The notes under the pieces: model-generated
Database searches by the model: none
What the model was told of the DNA's origin: nothing
Seen by the model: the letters and a program-made list of their open reading frames with translations, nothing else
Assembly (NCBI GenBank): GCA_017548985.1
Contig: JAFYYW010000009.1
Span: forward strand, 5,290-69,289
Origin: Bacteroidales bacterium
Lineage (GTDB): Bacteria; Bacteroidota; Bacteroidia; Bacteroidales; UBA932
Length of the DNA stretch: 64,000 nt
Direction of reading: 5' to 3'
Translations under genes and position numbers: made by a program
In this document: piece by piece, positions 7,928-17,396 of the stretch
Numbering within the stretch: position 1 is the stretch's first letter
Layout of the letters: every line of letters starts with the position of its first letter

Positions 7928-8977
7928 CTATTTGACCCTAAGTCTCTTACCTATCCGTAGAACGGTACGCTCCGAGATACCGTTAAGCTGGCAAAGCTTC
8001 TTGACCGTAGTATGGTACTTACGAGCCAGGGCGCCGAGAGTGTCGCCTTGCTTGATCGTGTGGTACTGAGCGGCGGCGGCAGCCTTCCTCTCCTCCTCAG
8101 CTTTCTTCTCGGCCTCGACCTTGTCCTGGGTGTCTCCCTCGATAATGTCGATCTCTTCCTGCTCGTCCTCTGGGACGTAATTGCTGGAAGCGTTCAGATA
8201 CTTCTTTTTCAAGGTGAAGAACCTGTGCCGCAGCTCACCGGTATTGAAATCGATCAGCCACTCAGGATCGAAAGCGTAACCTTTGTAACGGGTCTCAAAG
8301 TGGAGATGGGGACCGGAAGAACGGCCTGTGGAACCGCCCAAGCCTATGATTGAGCCGGCGTTGACCCATTCATCCTCATTGACCATAATCTTCGACAGGT
8401 GGGCATAGAATGTCTCAAGCCCGTTCTCATGACGAAGAATAATGAGGTTGCCGTAGCCTTTGTAATATTTAGCCAGACGGACCTTCCCGTCAAACGCGGC
8501 ATAGACCGGAGTGCCTGTTTGGAGGGGCAGGTCGACTCCCTGATGGCGGCGTCTATGGCGGTAACCGAATTTGGAGAACACCTTGGTCTGGTTCGGGCAC
8601 TTGTACTGGCTGAGAGAGTCCACCACCCAAATTCCGATCTCATTCGGAAGACTCTCTAGGGATGACCGGTAAGGATCCGGATAATCATGGGTCCAATGGT
8701 CAGAGAACACCTCGTTGGAGACCACATAGGAAGGATCCTTGATGTATTTCCATGTGTAGTCGGCGAAGAGGATGATCTTGATATGGGGATTGGCTGTCGA
8801 GAGGGTGTCCATCGCCTTGGCGGTGGTCTCATCCATCGACTGGACCGGCTGGAGAGCCGGCCTGGGTATCAGCAGTTCCGCTTGCTTCTTTGTCGTGATT
8901 GTGGTGTCTTGCGCCATACCGGCGAAAGGCACGAGACAGAATACGACGGCGGCCGCTATCTTGCTAAACTTTCGCAT
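7928..8977 (-). CDS. M23 peptidase with C-terminal LysM domain
   Basis: HQGVDL, YAHL, GRSSGPHLHFE; LysM YHTIKQGDTLGALARKY; N-terminal signal peptide. Confidence 0.9.
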   Translation of the reverse strand: MRKFSKIAAAVVFCLVPFAGMAQDTTITTKKQAELLIPRPALQPVQSMDETTAKAMDTLSTANPHIKIILFADYTWKYIKDPSYVVSNEVFSDHWTHDYPDPYRSSLESLPNEIGIWVVDSLSQYKCPNQTKVFSKFGYRHRRRHQGVDLPLQTGTPVYAAFDGKVRLAKYYKGYGNLIILRHENGLETFYAHLSKIMVNEDEWVNAGSIIGLGGSTGRSSGPHLHFETRYKGYAFDPEWLIDFNTGELRHRFFTLKKKYLNASSNYVPEDEQEEIDIIEGDTQDKVEAEKKAEEERKAAAAAQYHTIKQGDTLGALARKYHTTVKKLCQLNGISERTVLRIGKRLRVK

Positions 8978-10322
8978 CGAATTTCTCTATTAACAAACGC
9001 TTTGTCAGCTCGACCTTCTCCTCCAGGAGGGAGTCAGAGGTGGCCTCGCATATGAAACGGAGATAAGGCTCCGTATTGGAAGGACGGATGTTGAACCACC
9101 AGTCCGGGAACTCGACCCTGTAGCCGTCGAAGTCCATAGTGGCGGTAGGGGTCTCAACTGAGGTGAAATATTCCCTGACGGCATCCATGGCGCCCTTCTT
9201 GTCCTCTATGCGGAAATTGATCTCACCGGAATTCTTGTAGCGGGCGATCTTGTCTATGAGCATGCTCAAGCTGACGCCACGAGTCTTCATCGCGGCCACT
9301 ACCCTAAGGATCAGCATCGAGGCGAGAAGGCCGCTGTCAGAATAGAAGAAGTCGCGGAAATAGTAGTGACCGGCAAGCTCTCCACCCCAGACGCCGTCCA
9401 ACTCGCGTAACTTCTTGGCGGCGAAGGCGCGACCCACCTTCCAGGTCTCCATCTGGCAGCCCATCGGAGCCAAATATTCCCCGACAGCCTTGGAGCTCCT
9501 GATATCCTGAAGGACAATTCCCTTCAATCCTCTCTCCTCAACAAAATAATGGCCGAGCACAGCGATCATGAGGTCAGGGGAAATGAACCTCCCCTCATTG
9601 TCCACGAACATGACCCTGTCAGCGTCACCATCATAAATCACACCCACATCGGCACCGACTTCCTTGACAAGAGCCTGAAGAGGTTCCACATTCTTGGGAA
9701 TCAGCGGGTTGGCCTCATGGTTGGGGAAGGTTCCGTCAAGCTCCTCGAAAATGTAGGAAGGAGAGTCTCCGAATATTTCCCTGGCGTATAACGCGGCCAT
9801 GCCGTTGGACAGGTCGAAAGCGATATTGAGGCAAGAGTAATCACCCTTGAACTTCATCAGGAAGTCAAGATAGTCCTTGTGGATGTCCATCTCGACAACT
9901 TTTCCCTTGACTGGGGCCGGAGGAGTGGGCCTTCCCGACTCGATCCATTCCTGAATCTGTCCGAGGCCGGAATCCAGGCCGACAGGAAGGGCGTTCTCAC
10001 GGGACACCTTCATACCGTTGTATTCCCTCGGGTTGTGTGAAGCCGTGATCTGGACCGAAGCCTTGAAACCATAATTGGCTGTTCCGAAATATACCATCGG
10101 AGTGGTGCTGAGGCCAATGTCATACACGTCCGCGCCGGCGTCGGTTATGCCATTAAGCAGATATTCATGCACTTCCGGAGAAGACACCCTGCAATCCCTT
10201 CCGACAAGCACCTTGTCGGTCGAGAGAAGCTCAGGAAGGAAATAGCCGACCTTGTAGGCGGTGTTGCGGTCGAAATCCACATTGTAGATGCCGCGTATGT
10301 CGTATGCGTGAAAAGCTCCCAT
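8964..10322 (-). CDS. Phosphomannomutase/phosphoglucomutase
   Basis: ITASHNP, YDGDADR, GGELAGH and RPSNTEP motifs. Confidence 0.93.
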   Translation of the reverse strand: MGAFHAYDIRGIYNVDFDRNTAYKVGYFLPELLSTDKVLVGRDCRVSSPEVHEYLLNGITDAGADVYDIGLSTTPMVYFGTANYGFKASVQITASHNPREYNGMKVSRENALPVGLDSGLGQIQEWIESGRPTPPAPVKGKVVEMDIHKDYLDFLMKFKGDYSCLNIAFDLSNGMAALYAREIFGDSPSYIFEELDGTFPNHEANPLIPKNVEPLQALVKEVGADVGVIYDGDADRVMFVDNEGRFISPDLMIAVLGHYFVEERGLKGIVLQDIRSSKAVGEYLAPMGCQMETWKVGRAFAAKKLRELDGVWGGELAGHYYFRDFFYSDSGLLASMLILRVVAAMKTRGVSLSMLIDKIARYKNSGEINFRIEDKKGAMDAVREYFTSVETPTATMDFDGYRVEFPDWWFNIRPSNTEPYLRFICEATSDSLLEEKVELTKRLLIEKFDAKV

Positions 10323-10331
10323 GGTATTGAA

Positions 10332-10886
10332 TTATTTGATTTTAGTGGTATATCGGGCGGGTACCCGGCCCTTGGCTATATTAATCAATTTCTTGGATAT
10401 TATCTTCTTGCGGATCGGCGGGACATGGTCGACAAAAAGGTCTCCGTCAAGATGGGACATCTCATGCTGGATCATCCTGCAGGCGAACTTGTCGAAGGTC
10501 TCCGTCTTTTTCTCGAGGTTCTCATCGTAATATTCAACCGTCATGCTCTCCGGCCTGGAAACGTCACAGTATATTCCGGGAATACTCAGGCATCCCTCGG
10601 AATACGTGCACTTATTCTCGCTTTCCCCGATGACCTCAGGATTGATCATCACCCTGGTGAAACCTTCCAGATAGGGATAAATATCAGCCATATCCCTGCC
10701 ATCGACTATCAAGACCCTTACGCTCTCCCCTATCTGTGGAGCGGCCAGACCGCAGCCTTCCGCCTTGGCCAGCGTGTCTTTGAGGTCAGCCACAAGGTTC
10801 TTGATATACTCCTTGGCGGAGAGATCCACCGGAACGGCGGTTTCCCTCAACACCTCTGATCCATAAAGATATATAGGTTTTACCAT
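10332..10886 (-). CDS. def: Peptide deformylase
   Basis: GLAAPQIG, EGCLSIP and QHEMSHL; ATG at 10886. Confidence 0.95.
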   Translation of the reverse strand: MVKPIYLYGSEVLRETAVPVDLSAKEYIKNLVADLKDTLAKAEGCGLAAPQIGESVRVLIVDGRDMADIYPYLEGFTRVMINPEVIGESENKCTYSEGCLSIPGIYCDVSRPESMTVEYYDENLEKKTETFDKFACRMIQHEMSHLDGDLFVDHVPPIRKKIISKKLINIAKGRVPARYTTKIK

Positions 10887-10891
10887 AACAC

Positions 10892-11311
10892 TCAACCCTT
10901 GTTAGTCCTGTCCAAATAACTCTGAAGGATAATCGCGGCGCTGATCCTGTCGACAGAATTCTTGTCCCGCCTGTCTTTAGCCTTCATCCCACCGTCGATC
11001 ATGGCCCTATGGGCAAGGACCGAGGTGAACCTCTCGTCCTCAAGAGTCACAGGGATGGACGGGAACTTCCTCGAAAGATTCTTCAGGAAGGCGTCCACGT
11101 CCGCCGCGGCCTCGGACGGAGTATTGTCCATGTTCATCGGATAACCCACCACGAATCGGGCCACAGTCTCCTTTTCAGCATAATTTTTGAGATAATCTAT
11201 TATCTTTGCAGCGGGAACCGTGTCCAGTGGTGAGGCAAAGATTCCAAGCGGGTCGCAGACCGCGACCCCGACGCGTTTGCGTCCGTAATCTATGCCTATA
11301 ATCCTGTCCAT
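10892..11311 (-). CDS. ruvX: YqgF/RuvX-family nuclease
   Basis: IGIDYGRKRVG, DERFTS and VDRISAAIILQ. Confidence 0.95.
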   Translation of the reverse strand: MDRIIGIDYGRKRVGVAVCDPLGIFASPLDTVPAAKIIDYLKNYAEKETVARFVVGYPMNMDNTPSEAAADVDAFLKNLSRKFPSIPVTLEDERFTSVLAHRAMIDGGMKAKDRRDKNSVDRISAAIILQSYLDRTNKG

Positions 11312-11318
11312 GAACCGA

Positions 11319-11326
11319 CAAAGTTA
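11319..11326 (-). promoter_or_regulatory. -7 box TAACTTTG for ruvX-def-pmm
   Basis: TAnnTTTG ending 7 nt before the ruvX ATG. Confidence 0.65.
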
Positions 11327-11354
11327 AAGAAAAAGACTTTCAAGTCAAAATTAT

Positions 11355-12209
11355 ATGTCTAAAGACAAGAAACATACACCCACAAGAAACTACCGGATCA
11401 CCGTGGTTGACGATGACACCCACGACCAGTTGTGGGTGAGAAAATTCACCAAGCTGAACCTTGTGGTCGGAATCATCACCGCCCTGGTCGTGACACTGGC
11501 GCTGTTATGGTGCCTTGTGGCTTTGACACCTGTCAAGACCCTTATTCCGGGCTATCCGGATGCCAGGACCAAACATGACGCGATCCAGAACGCGATAAGA
11601 ATCGACTCGCTGGAGAACGTGATAGCGAGATGGGAGCTATATTCAGAGAATCTCCGCAGGGTCGTCGAAGGAGAAGCTCCGCTTAAGATCGACAGCATAA
11701 TGGAGGCCCGTTCCAGGGAAAAACGGATGTCAGAGAAAGATCTCAAGGAGATAGCCTCCAAGGACTCCCTACTCCGCAAGGAAGTGGCGGCGGAGGATCG
11801 TTTCGACATAGCCTCAGGAAGCCCCAAGTCGCTCCCGATTGAAGGAATGCATTTCTTCACCCCTCTCAAGGGAGTCATCTCGCAAGGATATGACAAGGCC
11901 CTTCATCCGTACATAGATATCACCGCTCCGGGCAACTCGGTTGTCATGTCGGTGCTGGACGGCACGGTCATCTCCGCCGGATGGACAGATGAGGAGGGTT
12001 ACACTATCCGCATCCAGCACGACGGAGACATCATCTCAGTCTACAAGCACAACCAGAAACTCACCAAGAAGACCGGGGACAAGGTCACCGCCGGCACCCC
12101 GATAGCCATAGTGGGAGGTACAGGCAGCACCGCTGAGGGAGATCATCTCCATTTCGAACTCTGGCACAAGGGAGAGGCTGTGGATCCCACAAAATATATC
12201 AGTTTCTGA
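11355..12209 (+). CDS. M23-family peptidase with N-terminal membrane anchor
   Basis: TM segment, HPYIDI, YKHN and GDHLHFELW. Confidence 0.88.
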   Translation: MSKDKKHTPTRNYRITVVDDDTHDQLWVRKFTKLNLVVGIITALVVTLALLWCLVALTPVKTLIPGYPDARTKHDAIQNAIRIDSLENVIARWELYSENLRRVVEGEAPLKIDSIMEARSREKRMSEKDLKEIASKDSLLRKEVAAEDRFDIASGSPKSLPIEGMHFFTPLKGVISQGYDKALHPYIDITAPGNSVVMSVLDGTVISAGWTDEEGYTIRIQHDGDIISVYKHNQKLTKKTGDKVTAGTPIAIVGGTGSTAEGDHLHFELWHKGEAVDPTKYISF

Positions 12210-13381
12210 TGGAGAAGAGAAGAATAGCCATACTCGGATCCACAGGATCCATCGGAAGACAGACTCTGGACGTGATCCGTGAGCATCCTGACTTGTTTGA
12301 GGTCGAACTGCTCACCTGCAACAATAGTTTCGTCACCATCGCCGCACAGGCCCGTGAGTTCGACGCCAATAATGTCGTGATATGTGACGAGACTCGTTAC
12401 AAAGAACTCTCCGACGCGCTGGAAGACACTGACACCAAGGTCTTCGCGGGCATGAAGTCGGTCTGTGACCTGGTCACCTCTGACAGGGTCGACATCGTGG
12501 TCGCCTCAATGGTGGGATTCAGCGGGTTGGCACCTACGATCGCCGCCTTGAAGGCCGGCAAGGTGATAGCTCTCGCCAATAAGGAGACCCTTGTGGCCGC
12601 CGGATCGATAGTGATGGGATTGTCCAGGAAGTACAATTCGCCGATCCTTCCTGTCGACTCCGAGCATTCAGCCATATTCCAGTGCCTCCTCGCGGCTCAA
12701 GGAAATAAGGTAAGCAAGATTCACCTGACCGCCTCAGGAGGCCCGTTCAGGACCTGGGACAAGGAAAAGATCGCTACCGCCACGAAGGACATGGCATTGA
12801 GGCATCCCAACTGGAATATGGGCTCAAAGATAACGATTGACTCCGCCACGATGATGAACAAGGGTTTCGAGGTCATCGAGGCCAGGTGGCTGTTCAACAC
12901 CCCTGTTGACAAGATCCATGTGGTAGTACACCCGGAGTCAGTGATCCACTCCATGGTAGAGTTCGAGGACGGGGCTGTCATCGCCCAAATGGCCTCACCC
13001 GACATGCGGGAGCCTATCCAGTTCGCCATCGGCTTCCCCGAAAGGCTGCCTCTCGGCAACAAAAAACTGGATTTCGCCACCCTCGGGACCCTCTCCTTCT
13101 TTGAGCCGGATCTGGACAAGTTCCCCTCTCTTGGATTGGCTTTCAAAGCTATCGGAAGAGGCGGGAATATCCCTTGCGCCCTCAATGCCGCCAACGAGTC
13201 CGCTGTCGCCGCATATCTCCGGGATGAGATTCCCTTCTACGGAATCTCAGATGTGGTCGGGGAATGTATGGAGAGAATACACTTCATCGCCGATCCGACG
13301 ATAGATGACATATTCGACACCAATAAGCAGGCCCGCTCCATGGCCGACGATATCATAGTCTCAATGGGTAAAAAAGCCTGA
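12209..13381 (+). CDS. dxr: 1-deoxy-D-xylulose-5-phosphate reductoisomerase
   Basis: LGSTGSIG, LANKETLV, PVDSEHSA and HPNWNMGSKITIDSATMMNKG. Confidence 0.97.
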   Translation: MEKRRIAILGSTGSIGRQTLDVIREHPDLFEVELLTCNNSFVTIAAQAREFDANNVVICDETRYKELSDALEDTDTKVFAGMKSVCDLVTSDRVDIVVASMVGFSGLAPTIAALKAGKVIALANKETLVAAGSIVMGLSRKYNSPILPVDSEHSAIFQCLLAAQGNKVSKIHLTASGGPFRTWDKEKIATATKDMALRHPNWNMGSKITIDSATMMNKGFEVIEARWLFNTPVDKIHVVVHPESVIHSMVEFEDGAVIAQMASPDMREPIQFAIGFPERLPLGNKKLDFATLGTLSFFEPDLDKFPSLGLAFKAIGRGGNIPCALNAANESAVAAYLRDEIPFYGISDVVGECMERIHFIADPTIDDIFDTNKQARSMADDIIVSMGKKA

Positions 13382-13387
13382 CGCGCC

Positions 13388-14725
13388 ATGGATGTGTTGA
13401 TGAAAGTCCTTCAAGTGATCCTGGCCCTGTCGGTGCTGATCATTATCCACGAGTTCGGCCATTTCTCATTCGCCAAGCTATTCGGGATCAGGGTGGAGAA
13501 GTTCTACCTGTTTTTCGACATTTCCAACAAGAAGTTGTTCAGCACCAAGGGACGCTTCTTCACCAGGCTCTTCCCTAAAGCGAAGGACTGGGAGACTGAA
13601 TATGGCATCGGCTGGCTTCCGCTCGGAGGCTATTGCAAGATAAGCGGGATGATCGATGAGAGCATGGACACAGAGGCTCTCAAAAAGGATCCCCAGCCAT
13701 GGGAATTCCGCACTAAACCGGCCTGGCAGAGGCTTCTGGTGATGGTTGGTGGCGTGCTGTACAACTTCATATTCGCCATCCTATGCTACATAGCCATCAT
13801 GGCGATATGGGGCAACACCTACATCAAGAACGAGGGAAGCAGGATATACCCGGACGCGCTCGCCATCGATATGGGCTTCAAGGCCGGAGACGAGATCCTG
13901 AGGATGGACGATTATGTCCCCGAGAACTTCGGGATGCTCCAGGCTGACCTGGCCCGCAGGAATGTCCACAAAGTGGTGGTCTTGAGGGATGGTGACACAG
14001 TCGATGTCTACATCGACCATTCGAAGATCGGAGAAGTGCTCAACTCCCCCGGGATGTTTGACTTGGCCGTCCCTTTCGTGATCGATTCAGTGATGAGCGG
14101 TTCCCCGAATGTCGATGCCGGGCTTTTGAGAGGTGACCGGATAGTGGCGTTGGACAGCGTCAGCACCCCGTTTATCCAAGATATGAAAGCCTATCTGGCC
14201 AATGTCCCCGGCGATTCTGTCACAGCCTTTATCCTCCGTGGTACTGACACCCTGGCTGTCCCGGTGCTGGTCGACTCTGAAGGCAGGATCGGGGTATATA
14301 CACAGGTACCCTCATACACGACCAGGACATATACGGTACTCCAGGCCATCCCCGCCGGATTCAACCTCACTTTCGAGACCATCGGAGGCTACCTGCGGGA
14401 TCTCAAGCTCGTGGCCTCGCCAAGCACTGAGGCTTATAAGTCCGTAGGAAGCTTTATCGCTATAGGTCAAGTGTTTCCGTCCACGTGGGACTGGTTCCGT
14501 TTCCTTCATATACTGGCCCTGCTCTCAATCATGCTCGGCGTGATGAACCTGCTTCCTATCCCGGCTTTGGACGGTGGTCATATCGTCTTCTGCCTCTACG
14601 AGATGTTGACCGGGCGAAAGCCCAGCGACAAGTTCCTGGAAGTCGCGCAGATTATAGGTATGATCCTGCTGATGCTGCTGATGGTCCTGGCCTTCGGTAA
14701 CGATATCCGACGCCTGTTCCACTAA
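13388..14725 (+). CDS. rseP: RIP metalloprotease RseP
   Basis: HEFGH, PDZ-like region and NLLPIPALDGG; follows dxr. Confidence 0.95.
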   Translation: MDVLMKVLQVILALSVLIIIHEFGHFSFAKLFGIRVEKFYLFFDISNKKLFSTKGRFFTRLFPKAKDWETEYGIGWLPLGGYCKISGMIDESMDTEALKKDPQPWEFRTKPAWQRLLVMVGGVLYNFIFAILCYIAIMAIWGNTYIKNEGSRIYPDALAIDMGFKAGDEILRMDDYVPENFGMLQADLARRNVHKVVVLRDGDTVDVYIDHSKIGEVLNSPGMFDLAVPFVIDSVMSGSPNVDAGLLRGDRIVALDSVSTPFIQDMKAYLANVPGDSVTAFILRGTDTLAVPVLVDSEGRIGVYTQVPSYTTRTYTVLQAIPAGFNLTFETIGGYLRDLKLVASPSTEAYKSVGSFIAIGQVFPSTWDWFRFLHILALLSIMLGVMNLLPIPALDGGHIVFCLYEMLTGRKPSDKFLEVAQIIGMILLMLLMVLAFGNDIRRLFH

Positions 14726-14804
14726 TTTTTTCCATTGTTATTTTCACGGAAATGATTAAATTCGCCTTTCCTTTCGAAGGACGGATTTAACAACTATATT
14801 TTCC

Positions 14805-16232
14805 ATGGGAGGTTTCTTCGGAACTATTTCAAAACGGGAGTGTGCCACCGACCTTTTCTACGGCACAGATTACAACAGCCATCTGGGGACCCGCCGCGGC
14901 GGTCTCGCGACCTTCGACCCCGAGCGGGGATTCATGAGAGGTATCCACAGCCTTGAGAACGGATATTTCCGAAACCGGTTCGAGGATGAGCTCAGCAAGT
15001 TCACGGGCAATTCCGGAATAGGAATCATCAGTGACACCGACGCCCAACCCATGCTGGTCAACTCCCATCTCGGGAGATTCGCGCTGGTCACAGTGGCCAG
15101 GGTCGGTAACGCCGAGGCTCTCGCCAAGAAGTTCCTCGATGAAGGGATGTACCTTACGGAGTTCAGCAGCGGGAAGATCAATATCACCGAGCTTGTCAGC
15201 TTGCTGATAGTCAGGGGCAAAACCTTCGTGGAAGGCATTGAGAACGTGTTCCGTGAGGTAAAGGGTTCCTGCTCGATGCTTATCCTGACCGAAGACGGCA
15301 TCATCGCGGCGAGGGACGCCTGGGGCCGGACTCCTATCGCCATCGGTTCCAAGGACGGAGCCATGGCTGTAAGCTCGGAGAGCTCGGCCTTCGCCAATCT
15401 CGGATTCAGCATCGAACGGTTCGTCGGTCCGGGCGAGATCATCCGGCTGAGGGCCGACGGCATGGAACAACTGAGGGCACCGAATCCAAGAAAACAGATC
15501 TGCTCCTTCCTTTGGATATATTACGGATTCCCGACCTCTTGCTATGACGGGAAAAACGTCGAGGAAGCCAGGTTCGCCAGCGGCAAGGAAATGGGAGAGA
15601 ATGAGGATATCGACGTCGACTGCGCCTGCGGCGTGCCGGACAGCGGAATCGGGATGGCAGTTGGTTTCGCGGCCGGCCACAAGGTTCCGTATATGCGCAC
15701 TATAGCCAAATACACCCCTACCTGGTCCAGGTCGTTCATGCCCTCATACCAGAGCATGAGGGATCTTGTCGCGAAAATGAAGCTCATCCACAATGTGGAT
15801 ATGCTCAAGGGCAAGAGGGTCCTCTTCTGCGATGACAGCATCGTACGCGGCACCCAGTTGCGGGACAACACACGCCAGCTCCACGAAAGCGGAGCCAAGG
15901 AGGTCCACATGCGCATTTCCTGTCCTCCCCTCGTGTTCGGATGCCCCTTCCTCAACTTCTCCACGAGCAAGACCGAGATGGAGTTGATCACCCGCCGTAT
16001 CATCGGTCAGTTCGAGGGCGACCCCGACAAGAATGTGGATAAATACACTGATTCGACCACTCCCGAATATGCGCGGATGGTCAATGAGATCGCCAGCCAA
16101 CTCAATCTTGACTCCCTGAAATTCAACACTATCGAGACGCTTGTCAAGAGTATAGGCCTTCCCCGCGAGGATCTCTGCCTCCACTGCTTTGACGGCTCGT
16201 CAGCCTTCACCCTCGAAGAGGAGAACAAATAA
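14805..16232 (+). CDS. purF: Amidophosphoribosyltransferase (lacks the N-terminal Cys)
   Basis: Ntn-fold N-domain, CDDSIVRGT PRPP motif, and Fe-S-type cysteines (CSF, CPP..FGC, CLHC). Begins MGGFFG. Confidence 0.88.
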   Translation: MGGFFGTISKRECATDLFYGTDYNSHLGTRRGGLATFDPERGFMRGIHSLENGYFRNRFEDELSKFTGNSGIGIISDTDAQPMLVNSHLGRFALVTVARVGNAEALAKKFLDEGMYLTEFSSGKINITELVSLLIVRGKTFVEGIENVFREVKGSCSMLILTEDGIIAARDAWGRTPIAIGSKDGAMAVSSESSAFANLGFSIERFVGPGEIIRLRADGMEQLRAPNPRKQICSFLWIYYGFPTSCYDGKNVEEARFASGKEMGENEDIDVDCACGVPDSGIGMAVGFAAGHKVPYMRTIAKYTPTWSRSFMPSYQSMRDLVAKMKLIHNVDMLKGKRVLFCDDSIVRGTQLRDNTRQLHESGAKEVHMRISCPPLVFGCPFLNFSTSKTEMELITRRIIGQFEGDPDKNVDKYTDSTTPEYARMVNEIASQLNLDSLKFNTIETLVKSIGLPREDLCLHCFDGSSAFTLEEENK

Positions 16233-17396
16233 ATGAAAGCGTTCTTCCTAGCCTTTCTGGTGGTGGTGAGTGCCGCCACCCTTTACGTCGCCTGGCATAT
16301 CTGGCGGCTAACTCCGGCTAGTTGGTTCGTGAGGCTTATCGTTGTCGGAGCCTTCCTGCTCTGGACGGCCAGTTTCTTCTTCGGATTCTTCTTCCTGGAA
16401 AAGGTTCCCTTCAGGGCCGCGATCCCACTTTATCAGATTGGAAACACCTGGCTGATAGCGTTTTTGTACATATTCCTGGCCTTTTTCCTGTTAGATATCC
16501 TGTCCATTTGCGGGGCGCTGCCCAAAGGCTTCCTGAAAGAGTCATGGCCGGTGCTTGGCGGGATAGCTGGGGCGGTCACCCTTTTGCTCTGCCTCGGCAG
16601 TCTCCATTACCACCACAAGTACCGGGAAGAGCTGACGATCACCACTTCCAAGCCTCTGGAGAAACCTCTGACCGTGGTTATGGCTAGCGACCTCCATCTT
16701 GGCTATCACAACCGTCGGAAGGAACTGGGACGTTGGATTGACCTCTTCAACGCTGAGAATCCGGACCTGGTACTGTTTGGCGGGGACATTATCGACAGGA
16801 GCTTGAGGCCTGTCATCAGAGGTGACTATGCCGCCGAGTTCAAGCGGCTCAAGGCTCCAATCTGGAGTGTTTTGGGCAATCATGAATATTACAGCGACGT
16901 GGAACGCTCCGAGATGTTCTTCAAAGAAGCCGGAATCGGCTTGCTGAAAGACTGTTTCATAGACACTCTCGGAATCAGGATTGTCGGCCGCAATGACCGC
17001 TCATACCCCTGCCGCCCTGCGCTCTGGGAGATTCTTCCCGTTCCGGATGCAAGTCCTGCCGCCGACTCCCTGCGCTTCGCGCCCTATCCGGGTAAATGTC
17101 CGTCGGCGGCAGACTTGCCTCCGCAGCGACGGTTCACAATACTCCTGGATCACCAGCCATATAACTTGAAGGAGGCCGAAGAGGCTGGAATAGACTTCCA
17201 GTTCAGTGGCCACACCCACAGAGGCCAGGTATGGCCCATCTCCTGGATTACCGACAGGATGTACGAGAAATCGTGGGGGCATCTCCAAAGAGGAGACACC
17301 CGTTATTATGTCAGCTCAGGACTCGGGATTTGGGGCGCGAAGATCCGCATTGGCACCCGCTCGGAATATCTGGTGCTGCGTGTCAACAGCAAATAA
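16233..17396 (+). CDS. Membrane-anchored metallophosphoesterase (YkuE-like) with an in-frame palindromic insertion
   Basis: N-terminal TM helices; SDLHLG, GGDIID, LGNHE, DHQP and SGHTHRGQ. Confidence 0.9.
   Translation: MKAFFLAFLVVVSAATLYVAWHIWRLTPASWFVRLIVVGAFLLWTASFFFGFFFLEKVPFRAAIPLYQIGNTWLIAFLYIFLAFFLLDILSICGALPKGFLKESWPVLGGIAGAVTLLLCLGSLHYHHKYREELTITTSKPLEKPLTVVMASDLHLGYHNRRKELGRWIDLFNAENPDLVLFGGDIIDRSLRPVIRGDYAAEFKRLKAPIWSVLGNHEYYSDVERSEMFFKEAGIGLLKDCFIDTLGIRIVGRNDRSYPCRPALWEILPVPDASPAADSLRFAPYPGKCPSAADLPPQRRFTILLDHQPYNLKEAEEAGIDFQFSGHTHRGQVWPISWITDRMYEKSWGHLQRGDTRYYVSSGLGIWGAKIRIGTRSEYLVLRVNSK
17049..17118. repeat. REP-like element, copy 2: same 40-bp core (17065-17104) with a different stem
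   Basis: Arms GCAAGTCCTGCCGCCG and CGGCGGCAGACTTGC; core identical to 3384-3423. Confidence 0.85.

Noticed and set aside
14829-15680. 283-aa minus-strand ORF
   Set aside because: Shadow of purF.
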